Positions 1-12,593 of a DNA stretch of 48,195 nt are shown here, one piece after another. Where the stretch lies: the NCBI GenBank assembly GCA_010093995.1, contig ML992516.1:62001-110195 (forward strand), in the 5' to 3' direction. The DNA comes from Elsinoe ampelina. Its lineage: Eukaryota. Both the position numbers and the translations under genes were made by a program. The notes under the pieces are model-generated. The model was not told the origin of the DNA. It worked only from the letters and a program-made list of their open reading frames with translations, and did not search any database. Position 1 is the stretch's first letter. Each line of letters begins with the position of its first letter.

Positions 1-882
1 GGTGAGCTTGCGCACCAGCACCACGAGCTGATTATACTTGACCAGAAATCCACGAGCTTGCTCCTGAGCACGCTTATGTCGAACTTGAAGTGCGGCATCC
101 GCGGCAGCAAGCTCATGTAGGCGCCGCTTCTCCTCCTCGTTGGACTCTGTCAAGATCTCGATTTCGGTCTGTGATCTAGCTGCCCTGACGGTGAGATCCT
201 CGACCTTCGCCCCAAGCAGGGCGTTCTCCTGCTCAAGGCTGGCCAGTTTTTCCATCGCTTTGTGCTTGTCGAGTGCTGCATCTCCCTTGAGCCGATCACA
301 CTCTCGTCGCAGCTTCATGATTTGAGCATTGGCGTCATCTGACTCGCGTACAGTACTGTTCCGAAATTGGAGACTGTCGTTCTGAAGCTGGACATTCTCC
401 CTCTTCAATCTTTCCACTTGAATGGTAACATTGCGCATGTCGCGCGCAGCATCATTTTCACGACGTACGATCTCCCTTCGCAGTCTCGCCACTTCGCCTC
501 TGCCGAAATTTGCGGTGTTCAGATTTCTGTGGGCTTGTTCAAGATCCATAGTCACCATGACCCTTAACATTTCTTCATGATGAGCCCGCGTTTCCTGATT
601 CACAAGTCGCTGCTGCAAATCTGCCAGCTGAATAGCCTGCTCACTCTCCCGATGCTTGGCTCTTGCCAACTCGATTCGAAGGTTGGCGTCCTTCTTCTCC
701 AGACTCAGGCGGTCCGCAGTGAGGACTTGTAGCTCAGCTATCGCTCCTTCCAAAGTTGTTGGTCGTAGAGCCGGTGACTTCATTTCCGGAGTCGATAGAT
801 CGGTCTGTGTCGCTGCATCGTTGACACCATGAGCGATGCTGTCGTCTCCAGCCGATGTTGCCCTATCCGTATCGTCCTCCAT
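1..882 (-). CDS. Coiled-coil protein of unknown function, 3' end runs off the window (MEDDTDRATSAGDD...LVVLVRKLT)
   Basis: Hand translation gives 294 uninterrupted codons from ATG 882 (context ccaaccATGG) to position 1. The product is rich in L/E/R/A/Q heptad-like segments. It is absent from the ORF track because no stop lies inside the window. Confidence 0.8.
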   Translation of the reverse strand, partial: MEDDTDRATSAGDDSIAHGVNDAATQTDLSTPEMKSPALRPTTLEGAIAELQVLTADRLSLEKKDANLRIELARAKHRESEQAIQLADLQQRLVNQETRAHHEEMLRVMVTMDLEQAHRNLNTANFGRGEVARLRREIVRRENDAARDMRNVTIQVERLKRENVQLQNDSLQFRNSTVRESDDANAQIMKLRRECDRLKGDAALDKHKAMEKLASLEQENALLGAKVEDLTVRAARSQTEIEILTESNEEEKRRLHELAAADAALQVRHKRAQEQARGFLVKYNQLVVLVRKLT

Positions 883-1082
883 GGTTGGCCGATTATGTCT
901 CCACTCTGGTGTCGATGCGGTGTAGGCGAGGCAGAAGAAGCAGCGCAGGCAAAAAGAATTTTCCGCGACCGCATCATAAATGTCGCGTGAGTAGTAGAAG
1001 TGGGGGTGCCCCTTACCTAGTCTCATATTGTGTCCGACGTGGTGTCCTCGAGTGTGATGCCGTCCGTTTGAGCCTCTCCACG

Positions 1083-3971
1083 TCAGTATCGCTGGATCAA
1101 CCACGCCCTCCTCTTGGCCTCATCCATCTGATTCAGCTTCTCCTGCTCCGCCCTCTTCATGATGATATAATCACGAACTACATCAACCCCAATCACTTCC
1201 TTGACTGTCGCACTTCCATCAAGCGCCACCAGCGCCTCTTCGATCGAGAGTGGCAACTTCTCCGTGATACCGTACTCTTCCCCTTGCGCATCGGACATCT
1301 TGCTTGGGTTCACTGTCATTGTCAGCGGCCAATCACGCTTCCACCCCGGTTCACTCACGGTCACAGTCTTTCCCAGGAAGCTCGAGCTTCTCATCAATCC
1401 CTTTCAGCCCAGCACCGATGATCGCGGCAAGCGCAAAATAAGCATTCCCCATGCCATCCAAGCATCTCACTTCCCACCTTTCGGAAGAAGAGGAGGACGA
1501 TAGCACACGGCGAAGAGGGACCTCTCTGTTCTCAGTACCCCAAGCGACCCAGCTACCGCCCGTCCAATGGTCGTCCACGACTCGCTTGTAGCTTTCCTGA
1601 GCAGGCAAGGTGAAGGCACTGATAGCTCTGAGCTCTTTCAGGACACCTGCCCAAAAGCTGTTCTCGGGCTGCTTTGGTCCTGAAGGCACGTTCGACGCCT
1701 TATCATGATCTTCGGTCTGGGTTCCACTATCTGTTGTGGCCGGGTTCAGGGAGATGTGCGCATGTAGACCACTGCCAACGCCCTCGATAGGCATGGGATG
1801 GAATGTGGCTCTCAAACCGTATCGATGAGCTTTGAGCTGGATTGCCTGGCGGATGAGGTATAGCTGATCAACTGCCTGCAGAAGTGGAAGTGGTGATAGG
1901 GCAAACTCATACTGTCCTTGGCCCGACTCTGAATGGAAATGGTCGATACGGTATCCCAACGAAGACAACTCATTCACGATTTTGGTGATGATTGGCCATG
2001 TTGAGTGTGCCTGTGACGGCGAGAGCGTGCCCCAAGCATGAGCTGCATTTGTCTCGATTGGTGGGAAGCTCGCTTCTACCCCATTATCCTCACCACTTCC
2101 GAGGCGCAAGAAGGTCACTTCTAGCTCGAAGCCGACCAGTATGGATAGATCGTGAGATGTTGTAATCCGCTCACTGAGCCCTGCCAGAATGGACCGAGGG
2201 CACTGCGGAAGAGGCGATCCGCCCAATGCTCGAAACGATGCCAGAACTGTTGCTGCACCCTCAAGATCTTTCCAGTGAATGGGACGAAGGGTAGAAAGGT
2301 CCGGCTCAACATAGATTTGCCCGGTAGCGTTTACAGCTGGCGTGATCGTGTCGTCTTGGAGAGTATGCAAATTGCCCCAGGTGATACCAAGTCTCTGTCC
2401 TTCGTGAACTAAACGCCGGAAAGAGACGATAGGCATGGACCGACTTCGCATTGTGCCCATATAATCAATCCACTGGATCAAGAAGTAATTGGTGGACTGT
2501 CCATAGCCAGTCTTCAAGAACGAGTTCAGTACTCTTGGATTGTACACCGATCGAGTTGTGGGAACGATCTGCTTGGACGCTGAGGATGGCGAAGACATTG
2601 CAGGCATGATTGCTAGAGGCTAAGCATCGTCGTCAGCAGCGTAACCTTGAAAACAAGTCAGATCAAGGTTAGGGTAGAGGGTAATACTTTCTGCTTGCCT
2701 TCATCCTGCTCCTCTTCAAGGACAATGTTGAGGTTGTAGATGCGGTTGGAGTTGCCGAACAGTATGTCCTTCACTGCTGTGATAGCATCATCTAGATCAA
2801 TGACATCCTCAACAAGGAGATCCTTGAACACCCTGAACAAGACATGTCTGAATTGTTTGTTCGCCAGCCAGTATGTTTCGGGAAAGTGATGTCCATCGGT
2901 ACTCCACAAGAGCTTTGAGAATGGAGTGAGCTCCATAGACTGTTTGATGGCAGACACCTGACCTTCAACGCTGACCATTGGGAAGATCTCGCCAACGTCC
3001 AGGTAGGCATTCTTGTACACGGTAGCGAGAAAGCCTGCTTCTCGGGTGAATGGATATGACGAATGAAGCAGGATGAAGATGACAGATGGGAACCGGGCAA
3101 TGAGTGGTTGCAGATGTGCTGGGTTTGACCTCATCAGAGACATGTCATTGTCTCCCAGTCCGGTATGAAACTGAAAGGGCTTTGAGATGCCAGTCTGCTT
3201 GTAGTTGGCAGTGATCAACTTGCAGGTTGATACCACCAGACAGTCGTTCAGTCCTTTGTAGTGGATGCGATAGTTGCCTCTTCCGCAAGCTCTCATGTAT
3301 CTCCGAAACGCTTCCTGGCCAGCAGTGGCGATCGTGATCTCATCGGCGACCATGACGTCGAGTCCTGTCCTGTAGCAAATGACGCTCTTGAAGCCAGCCA
3401 CATCATTCTCCTTGAGCTCATCTGCGACAGCATTCTCAAAGGCTTGTAGAAATACAGGCCAGACTGCTGCAAGCTCCAGCTGATTCATCTCGGACAGTGG
3501 CATGGTGCCTTCTTCGTACATGACCTTCATGATATCGGCCGCCAGAGTCTCAATCCTGACGATGCGCTTGTTCTTACCAGTAGTGAACTGATCATGCCAG
3601 CGATATGAGTGGATATTGCTACTATCGAGGCCATCGTCAATCAAGATTGTATGAATACCAGCCAGGCACTTCCTGACCAACACATCTGAATTCGTGGAGA
3701 GCAATTCTGCTCGCCTCTTGAGCAAGTCGTCCCAGGTGGCGCTCCTATCACATCCATAGAGCTCGCGCAGTTGCTTCACAGCCCGGAGATGAGCCAATGA
3801 TCTCGGTGTATCCTTGAGAGCTTCATCGCGAGCTTCCGTGACGGCACTGAGTAGGTCGTAGCTATCTTGCTTGTCTGACCGTAGCAGGTTGTGAGCATGG
3901 TTGTCAATGATTGGGTAGTCCTCGATCACGGCTCGTAGCTCCTGCAGAGCTGATTCGGACACTGTCGCCAT
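1083..3971 (-). CDS. fluG: FluG-like protein: N-terminal amidohydrolase domain fused to a glutamine synthetase I-like domain (~924 aa; exons 3971-2688, 2619-1359, 1312-1083)
   Basis: Amidohydrolase motifs are IIDNHAH, QFHTGLGD, LLHSSYP and WSTDGHHFPE. GS-like motifs are VGFELE, HSESGQGQYEF, GSGLHAHIS, WGTENREVPLR and RWEVRCLDG. Introns 2687-2620 (GTATTA..GCTGAC..TAG) and 1358-1313 (GTGAGT..GCTGAC..CAG) join the three ORF-track pieces in frame. Confidence 0.93.
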
Positions 3972-4710
3972 TTCTTCATAATATTTTGTGAGCTTTGGAA
4001 TTGCCTAAATAACTCAGCGAGACGAGATCGAGCTAGGTATGGTCTCGAAAGTGGAATTGCTCGTTGCCAACTTTTGTAGTCAAGGCTCACCGCTTGCGTC
4101 AGTGATGCGTTGGCTTGCGGTGGTTGGAAGTCTCACCTATCAATCTCATACACGCTTTCGATTTCGAGTCAACCGTGCTAATAGTGTGTCAATGTACGCT
4201 TTGCTATTACGTTGAATCTTTGACCAGAAGGTGCGTCTCTCGGCGTAGGCTATGTAGCATGCAACGAAGACATCTTTCAATGCTAGGATGATTCGACGTG
4301 ACCATATAGAGCGGTCCTAGAGTGTAGATACAAGTACATAGCTAGTATACATGGGAATTTCATCATCGATGCAGTACAATTCCAGCAACATGCCCCCAAC
4401 GGCAGACTTCCACGCCACCCACATCTAAGCATTTACTACAAAGACATGGTGTCCTTCTGAGACCGCTGCTACATGATCGATGACTGGCTCTCCAGTTCGG
4501 AGGCTCTAAGCAGTAGAGACTGCCGTAACAACTCTCGCCAGGTCTGGTTTCCACCAGCAGCCTTCCATTTGCGCTTGGCAGATGTCGGAAGCAGATGCCC
4601 TGTATAGCCGTATTGACAGTCCAGCCTGTATCCCCATGCGATTGGATTTCGAGGTCCTGACTCTTACGTGACGCCTTTGATGGCGCTCGAAAGTGTGGTC
4701 CAGCATCCGA

Positions 4711-5082
4711 CTACCGACTAGGCGCGATGCCACCAAACCCAGCATTCTTCCCGGCAGGCAGTTCTCCCACGTCCGCCCCCTCAGCCGCCAGTCTCTTAAT
4801 GGTCTGATCTCTTTGGTACTCCATTATCCTTCGCTTCTTGAAGTATGTGACCCAACTCGATGCGCAGTCCTTCTCAAAGTTCCGGAGCTGTGGGCTACAA
4901 GCTTTCTCGGCCTTGTCGGCATTCTTGATGCTGTCGACGATGCCGTTCTTCTCCAAACACTCGAAGAAAGAGTCACGGGCCTCCCAACATAATGCGCGGG
5001 CGTTTCGGTCTGGTGCTTTGTAGCCGTCCAAGGAGGAGGGGCGAGTATCCTCTGCTGAGGAGGACCAAGGTAACCAGCCCAT
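4711..5082 (-). CDS. COA6: Cytochrome c oxidase assembly factor Coa6 (COX6B-like twin-Cys protein)
   Basis: APDRNARALCWEARDSFFECL...KAC...FEKDCASSWVTYFKKRR shows the CX9C-Xn-CX10C pattern typical of Coa6. Confidence 0.9.
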   Translation of the reverse strand: MGWLPWSSSAEDTRPSSLDGYKAPDRNARALCWEARDSFFECLEKNGIVDSIKNADKAEKACSPQLRNFEKDCASSWVTYFKKRRIMEYQRDQTIKRLAAEGADVGELPAGKNAGFGGIAPSR

Positions 5083-5446
5083 GTTGTGCGGGTCTCAAAT
5101 GTCGGGAAGGTGGGCTGGTGATTCTTTCGACCAGTCAGATCTTTACTCAGGGGTGAAGTGTCCGTATGGCGATGTCGTAGAATTGTTGTCGAGGTCAAAA
5201 AGTTGTTCATCAACGTCATGAAGCAGAGCTCCGCGGGCAAATTAAGGTTTGGACAAAGCAGAGCCGCATCGGCAGCGCCTGCCCTCCGCAAGCGGCCTCA
5301 AAAGCCAAACTTGCTCGTGCCTGTTGACACTCTTTCTCCAGGCTGCAAGCATTGCATTTTGATCAACAATGTATCCTGCGACATCTTCAGCAAATGCTCC
5401 TTGAGCATCACCATCGCAAACTTGTGTCTGAGCATTTGGCACGGCA

Positions 5447-6132
5447 ATGCCTCGACGCCGGCGTCCGACTCGACCAGGAGCTCTCGCGGATCTAGCTCCG
5501 AAGAGGATCTTGACACAGATCGTGGTCCTGCAAGCATTGTACTATCTCTGCGCTGCGGCACTCATCATCTTCACTACTCTGGTTGCTGGTAAGCCTGTCA
5601 GTCTCGACCTTCTATTCGATTGGGAGACTGTTCGCGGCGATGTCACCACCGGATGGACATTGGCATTGTGCTGGATGTTTGATGCTCTGATATGGTACGT
5701 TTCATTCCGCTGCCTGTATTCGACTTCGAGTACTACGACCTTTGTGTGTACTGACCACTTTGCAGTGTGATCTTTCTGCTGCTCCTCATCGCACGATCAA
5801 AGCTGGTGCCTGACTTTGCTCTCACGATCCACTTCCTCCATCTAATCGTGGTATCCTTCTACACCAAGCGCATCCCTACGCAACTCTTCTGGTGGGGCTT
5901 ACAGGGCGCCAGTGCTGCGCTGATGACTTTCCTCGGAATGTGGGCCTGTCAATGGCGAGAGCTCAAGCCAATAGCATTTGGAGGACGACCCAAGGCAAAC
6001 GGAGCAGCAGTAGCAGGAGCGAGCAGTGGTGAACAAAGTCAGGGGCTTTTGCCGGGCACAGCTGGGCAATCAGCAGAGAGTGCTGGTGCCTACGAGATGA
6101 TGGGAATCCGACCAAAGGACGAAGCTGTATGA
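5447..6132 (+). CDS. SYS1: Golgi integral membrane protein Sys1 (~204 aa; exons 5447-5694, 5766-6132)
   Basis: Motifs PKRILTQIVVLQALYY and IARSKLVPDFALTIHFLHL...WW...WACQWRELKPI, with four hydrophobic segments. Intron 5695-5765 GTACGT..CTGAC..CAG restores the frame. Confidence 0.92.
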
Positions 6133-6263
6133 GCTCAATGGACATTTGAAGAGAAGGAAATATTCATTACGGGCATGCCTCAATGGCAATATCAACAGCC
6201 TCTATATCACGGGTCCTACGCCAAATTTGGCCTCAAGCGTTGCAAGTCCGCCACCGTCTTCGC

Positions 6264-6820
6264 CTAGAAGCACTGGAAGCTCGCGATCATCTCACCAGGC
6301 GCCAGAGTCCTCCTCTCCTGGCCAGAGTATAGGTCCACCACACCGTCTGTGTCTGTCACGATCACGCTGGCAGCCCGGCTGACCTTTACATCGCTGACGC
6401 CTTCCTCGACCGTGACCTCGGGAGAGATGACACAGACATGTTTCTGCATGACGCTGTTGAGAGGGATGCTGACGATCTCGACCTTTTGAGGGTTGCATGG
6501 AAGCACAGGATTGTCATCTGGTCAAATCAGCTATCAGTCCAAACATCTAGACTCGACCGATACTCACAAACAAACACTTTTTCTCCCACAGGAAGGAAAG
6601 CCATGACCTCGACGACCTCAACATAATCCTCATGTACCATCTCCGAAGTCATGCGCAAGCCGATACGGTCCTGGTCTGGTGCAGGCGAGATGGATGGGCC
6701 GGTGTACTGTGTCTGAAGAGTGGCGACTTGCTGGAGAGGCTGGGCGGAGACGGATACGGGGACGCTGCGGACTGGGACGGCCAGAACGGCGACAGGAAGG
6801 AGGAGAGTGGCGAGGAGCAT
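6264..6820 (-). CDS. Small putative secreted protein of unknown family (~168 aa; exons 6820-6568, 6517-6264)
   Basis: Signal-peptide-like start MLLATLLLPVAVLAVP. Intron 6567-6518 (GTGAGT..GCTGAT..CAG) joins two ORF-track fragments in frame (EKVFV-YDNPVLPCNP). The C-terminal part is rich in beta-strand residues and ends ASFQCF. Confidence 0.72.
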
Positions 6821-7944
6821 GTCTGCTGATGTTCCTGGTGGATGTGCTGTCCGGACGAGTTGAGTGTGGAGAGGTTGTACAAGCAAGATTCCCGGAGTGT
6901 AGTCTCACTTATTCCAGTTGAAAGGATCGATGCTAGGTCAGATGGCAGGATGAGAGGGTGGATGGATATCACCCAACAGCTGACCGCGACCCATTCTAAT
7001 ACCACCTGCGAACGTCCATGTATCGAAGTAGCCTTGGACCAGCATACCGGCCTTCCGACGTGGTCACTCAGCCGCTGCAGCAAAGGCTGGGCACAGAGCG
7101 GTTGGAGTTCGAGGGCAGCGGTGTTTCAGGACGAGATGCCTCAATGATGACGGGAAGAGCGCGGCTACCTACCTGGTACCTAGCATCAAGCGCCTGGTTG
7201 CTGCCAGCGGGACGATTTGCTGGAGGCATGTGTGCAGCGCGAACGTCTATAGATCTTCTTCTGCAACCGCCGCGTAACAAAACACCTGTAGCTCCAAGCA
7301 GCCAATTCCCTTCCCAATGTCCGCTGATACCATCATCTCAAGTATAGTATAATCACTCACGCGACAGACCAAAATTCGTGAATTGTCTCGCTTGCCCTGA
7401 CTCGTCTTCCCTGAACATGCTCGAGCAGTGGTTCCAAGCCGAGACACCAACAGCGATCGACCAGGCTAGCTCGGGGCACCTGAGGTTCAGCTCCAGCCTT
7501 GTGCGAGGTACGCGCCCACGTCCGGTTGACACCTTGCCCGCCATGAATGCAGCAGGACGGACCCACCGGTACTCGCTGGTGCAATGGCGCTGGTGCACAG
7601 TGGCCGACTGCTGTTGTCGGGAACTGGTCTTCAGTCTCAACGCCATGTACACCCAACCAAGGAAGGACATGTCTGGAGATTCTTTGGAGAAGAGATAGAT
7701 CGCTTCATCATCATGCAGTATATTCAAAGGGGTATATGCACCGTCACATATCTACTTCATGCCTGTCCCGACCATGTATCCATGCATGCATACATCCAAA
7801 TGCACCATCATCTTGAGCCTGTCAAATTATGTCCACATGAAAGACTCGACCAAATCATGCTTCCGTGCACATGCTTCGCTGCTCGTCTCTCGAGGAAGTC
7901 CTGTCCTCACTTTGCTCCATCTCTCCGTTCCATGCTTGCTGTCT

Positions 7945-9918
7945 TTACACGGTACTAAAGACCGGTGCTTTTACGAGCACATTCTTACTGCGTACGTTCG
8001 CGGAGAGGCCGACGCTCATTCTGACTCTAGGGATCGAGTCCTCTTTTCCGGCGCTGTCGGGTCTGCCTAGGCTACCACTGCTGCTGCCAGCATTGGGGTT
8101 CTTGCCGCTCGCTGCATGTGATTTCTTGCCCGTCAAGGCGCTGAGCATGCTGCGCTTCTCGCGGCGTTGTTCTTGACTGCCAGCAACGCTGTCGTGGTAG
8201 CCTTGACCCGTCTCGTCGCTGTCGGTTGTGCTCTTCATGCTCATCCTGTCGGCGGCGTCTTCGGCGACGGATGTGCCGAGGGCAGGGATGCCGCTTTCTT
8301 GCTTCATCATGTCGTTGAGGGGAGTGCCGGGCATGTAATACTCTATTATTACGTCGCGTGACTCTAGGGGGATGTGTGTGGCCATGCTGACTGCAAGCTC
8401 GATGATCATGTTGACGCCGCCTTCGAGATCGGACATGGGTGGATCGGAAAGGTGGACCTGTAATGAGCCAATGAGTTGCTCTTTTAGAACATCCATGAGC
8501 TGTGTGCGGTATCCAGTGCTTTGTGCTGACCGAAGGACGTCGCTGAGTCCGTCTAATGTCGCCAGCCGCCAATTTGCAATTTTCGCACACAGGTGTTCCT
8601 CCTCTTCCATTGTTTGTGATTGTGGTGCGAACCGCCGGATGTTCTTCTGCACATTTTTCAATTGGGCTGAGATTGATGCGTCGAGGTCTGGATGGAAGTA
8701 TTTTTCGAATACCTCATCCACGAGCCAACATGAGATGAATGCCCGCCCAGCCGCCGTCATCTCTTGCTTGCCGGTTTGTATGGCATCCTTGTTGACTGAC
8801 CCTGCCAGCCATAATGGTACAGCCTTCCATGACTTTCGTATGCTAAAAGCCAATTGCGCAATCAATCCATCAAGACGATTCAATCGAGTCGTGTATTCCG
8901 AGTCGTCCAACGAAGTCCGTGATTGTGCCAATCGTTGATGTGCGAGTGTGTTTTGTAATTGTTTTACCTGCTCTTCCTTTTCGAAATAATACTTCTTGAC
9001 CTTTGTATATTTTTCGCCTTGAGTATCATGTCAGCATGTGGCACGGCTGACGACAATCATGAGGTCAGGCTTACGAAGCTCTTTATGGTCTTTGAGCAAT
9101 TGATTGACCTCATCGGGCGACATATCCTCGCCCGATTGTGATGGTTGAGGTGTAGCACGACCAATGTTTCCTGTTGGGACACGTTCGCTGGAATGTTGTG
9201 GGGGTGCGGGCGCCTGAAGAGGTTGTGGTGGAAGTGGGTGTTGGGCGCCGGGGCTGACCGAGGAAACGCCGTTGTGCATGCTCTGCCGATTGCTCCTCAC
9301 AGGTTTTGGTGCTGGTAGAGGAGCATTACTCGGCGCAGACATTATCGACCCGGTATCGTCGGGAGCGGAGAGGGAAAATGAGCGCGCTTGTTGAAGAGGA
9401 GCTGGACGGGAGTGAGATTGATATTGGCTGAGAGATTCCGGGGAGTAGCTCTGCTGTTGGCTCGGCACGTGCACTGATTGGCCGGCAGGGGGATCATGCT
9501 GGTACTGCTGCAGATGGACTGGTGGACGAGATATATTCTGGTCATTCGGCGGCGGAGGCGGTGGAGAGATGGTGTTTATCCCAACACCGTTCGCATTTGG
9601 GGGCGTGCGACTTTGGGATTGATACTGCGGTTGCTGTGCTTGGGATTGAGGCTGGGGCTGAGTCGGAACTAAATTCTGCGGTGCCGTATCCGAGATATTT
9701 TGGGAATGACCTGGGATGTTGACTGACATGTGAGAATGCTGTATACCATGTGGTGGTAAAGTGTGCGCACCTTGCTGACCTCCCTGCCGCTGTTCACGGA
9801 AGCCCTGCTCCGTGTTGAGGCGTTGAAGCCTCCTTTGCGACCAGCGATCCAGCGCGACTGATTGACCCGAATCGGACGATGTTTTGGAAGGTTGATAGAT
9901 GGCGCCCGATACTGACAT
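7945..9918 (-). CDS. Fungal protein with Q/P-rich disordered N-terminus, central coiled coil and helical C-terminal domain (~638 aa; exons 9918-9075, 9017-7945)
   Basis: Intron 9074-9018 (GTAAGC..GCTGAC..AAG) gives HKELR-EKYTKVKKYYFEKEEQVKQLQNTLAHQRLAQSRTSLDDSEY in frame. Long open frames lie on both sides. Confidence 0.85.
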
Positions 9919-11621
9919 GGGCGTTTTCAGAGGTTGTCGACTGTCTTCATTCGTGGAGGAAGCGTCAGATTTGGTGAGATTGGATGCGATGGACTTTGGA
10001 GGACTGGCGGGGCGGACTTGGTGTAGCGATTGACCTCTATCGATAGCTTGGGATATGAGCTGCCCAGCAGGAGTGTCTGCTATGCTTATGGAAGTGTCGT
10101 TCTATTGTTGTTGTCAGATTCCGACTCTTATCTAGTCTTGCTCTTGCTGCTCGTGGAAGCTCACATTGTCTGGGATTTGCTCGATAGCCGAAACGGAATG
10201 TGTACCTGGTCGGTGTAGAGCTCGACGGAGCTTGTTCTGAGCTTTGGAGAGTGTCAGTGATTGCGAGGCTGTCGTTCTGTGGGAAAAGCTCACAGGTAGG
10301 TGTTATGTCGCTAATCTTGCTTGAGCGCGAACGGAAGATGCTGGCCGACTTGGACGTGTTGGTCGAGTAGACAGTCTGCGAGTCTGATCGCGAGGTCAGT
10401 TGGAGACAAAGATGTTGAAATGAGCGGACGGGAAATATGAGCGTTGTGCTATCTCCTTGATTATGCTGGAGGATCTCCTCAAGCCATGCGCATTGCTTTG
10501 CATTCGGCTAGGGGAGACCTTGGACATGCTGGATCTTGGGGGGAAACCCACCAAATTGCGTGCCAGAAGCCGCCGACGCTAGAGCCAGAGCCCCAAATCC
10601 ATGTCCTTGTCCTTGACCTGGTCCGCCTGTGGGGATTTGATCTTGGCTGGAATTGTTCTTCTTGTGAGATCGCTGCCATATAGGCATTACAGCTGTGACG
10701 AAAGTATAGTACAGGCAAAAGCGGCGGTCAAGCGGGCGGGTGGTTCAAACAGTTCAACGTCTTCCAAAGGTAAATTAGGACAGTGGAACTAGCTTGACTG
10801 ACGGGAAGACCAAAGACGATCGACACAGGGCACACTCAATTGTTTGACCTCAGCCAGCTAATCAGGCGGATCGATAGGCAGCTGAATCACCCATGGGATG
10901 GGGAGTTCTACCGGGATTGGGCGCAGGAATGTACAGGATGGTGTACGCCCAGGTGGATGGCTTCAGTTGATGCAGGGTTCCTTTTAGCAAGTCTCCTGGT
11001 CAAGTGGCTGCAGCTCCGCTGGCTCCAACACTACCGGCTCTGCATTCCAACACGCCGCCGCTGCGATGAGATCCAGAAAAGGCCACCAGCTCATCTGAAC
11101 TGGTCTGATCTTTCAATGTCCCGGCAGACCTTCAATCAGTCTCCAAATTTCTCCCAGGCATCCCGAGGATCGACGACCCAATATCTAGCCAATCTGACCT
11201 TCCCCACGACGTCCGATCCGGCGCGCCCAAAAAAGGAAAGAGCATATGCAGCCAAAAGGCCGGCCCCTCGTGGACTGCACGTTCTGTGCCCTATTTTTAG
11301 ACCTGTCGAATCTCCTCATTTCCACTCAAAATCCACCCCTTGGTGACATGACAAAGTCCGCCCGTCAAAAGATCACAACATCGAGGGATGGGATACTCCG
11401 TGGAAGGTCCGTACAGCTCCATCGAAAGCGAACCTCGAGACGAAAGTGTGTGTCTTTATTGCAGCAGCGTTTTTGATAGCTTGGTGCCACCGTTACGACT
11501 CGAAAATCACTCTGCCAACGCCGCGACCAATTATATTTTCATGACTTTGACAGGCTAAGTCGGAAAGGTGTACAGTACATTGGAATCCTTGATTTCATAC
11601 TCGAGCAACGAGTACATCGAA

Positions 11622-12214
11622 ATGAGCTGGTTGTTGGCAATATGCTCGCTCCTGGCAACGATACAGTCGTGCACAGCAGAGAGCACATCCATGACATCAA
11701 ATCCACCCGACACGAGTCCATCCCCGACAGCAACACTTTCCGCATTCACAATCTCCAATCTGACCTCTTTCAGACCAAGAGCCAGACTGACCACAAAGTT
11801 GAGGAGCAGGATATCATTCACATTCTCTGATCCGACTGTGCCCAACGGTGTAGACGTAGCTACGTGCGAGCTTGCCTGGTCTTCTAGTGCCGATCAGTAT
11901 GCCTACCATGTTCCTGACTACGTGAGTAAGATAGTGAAAAGGATCATGCGTGGCGCTCACTGCAGCAGACTCGATGTAGTAATCCGTTCTTTGGATTCCG
12001 CATCTCGAACAAGACATACAATGGCCCAGGGACATTTCGACTGAATTTGCAGCATGCTTATCAAGTCAACAAGTCGGACTCGGAATGGACAACATTCTTT
12101 GCCAACTTGACTCTGGGCCCAAGAAGAATGCGCTGCTCGTCAACCAGCAAAGGGACGACCTGCAGGCAGAAGACAGCTCGCTTGACAGCACCTATCACAT
12201 CTTCGGCGCCATGA
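11622..12214 (+). CDS. Small secreted 4-Cys protein, Alt a 1-like candidate effector, paralog 1 (~181 aa; exons 11622-11921, 11969-12214)
   Basis: Signal peptide MSWLLAICSLLATIQSCTA. Sequence reads FTISNL...ISFTFSDP...TCELAW, then intron 11922-11968 (GTGAGT..GCTCAC..CAG), then TRCSNPFFGFRI...RCSSTSKGTTCRQ. Confidence 0.8.
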
Positions 12215-12593
12215 TCATCTGACGGTCGGAAAGTTGTCGAATTACATTGGACCGAGCAGATCCTCGTCAAGCATCAGAAAACCCTCATTTGCAGCCCTCC
12301 TTGGACTCGACTCGGTCATCCATGTGTCTGACACAATCTACTACTCCTGCAGATTCTGAGGGATGCAGCCCACTCCTTCTCAGGCGCTGTTTGGTCATGA
12401 CCGTTGCACAGCCAACGCTCACGGTCTCATACTATCGATACACAGATAGATTCAACGGTGGACGAGGCTCATCTATGTCTGACATTAGCAAGATCTGCGT
12501 AGGCAGCTAACCGCAGTCCGAGGTCCTCTTAATGGCTATAAGCTTCGTTCGTGGCCGCTTGAGGTCTTACCAGGATACTCGCCCTTCGTGACC

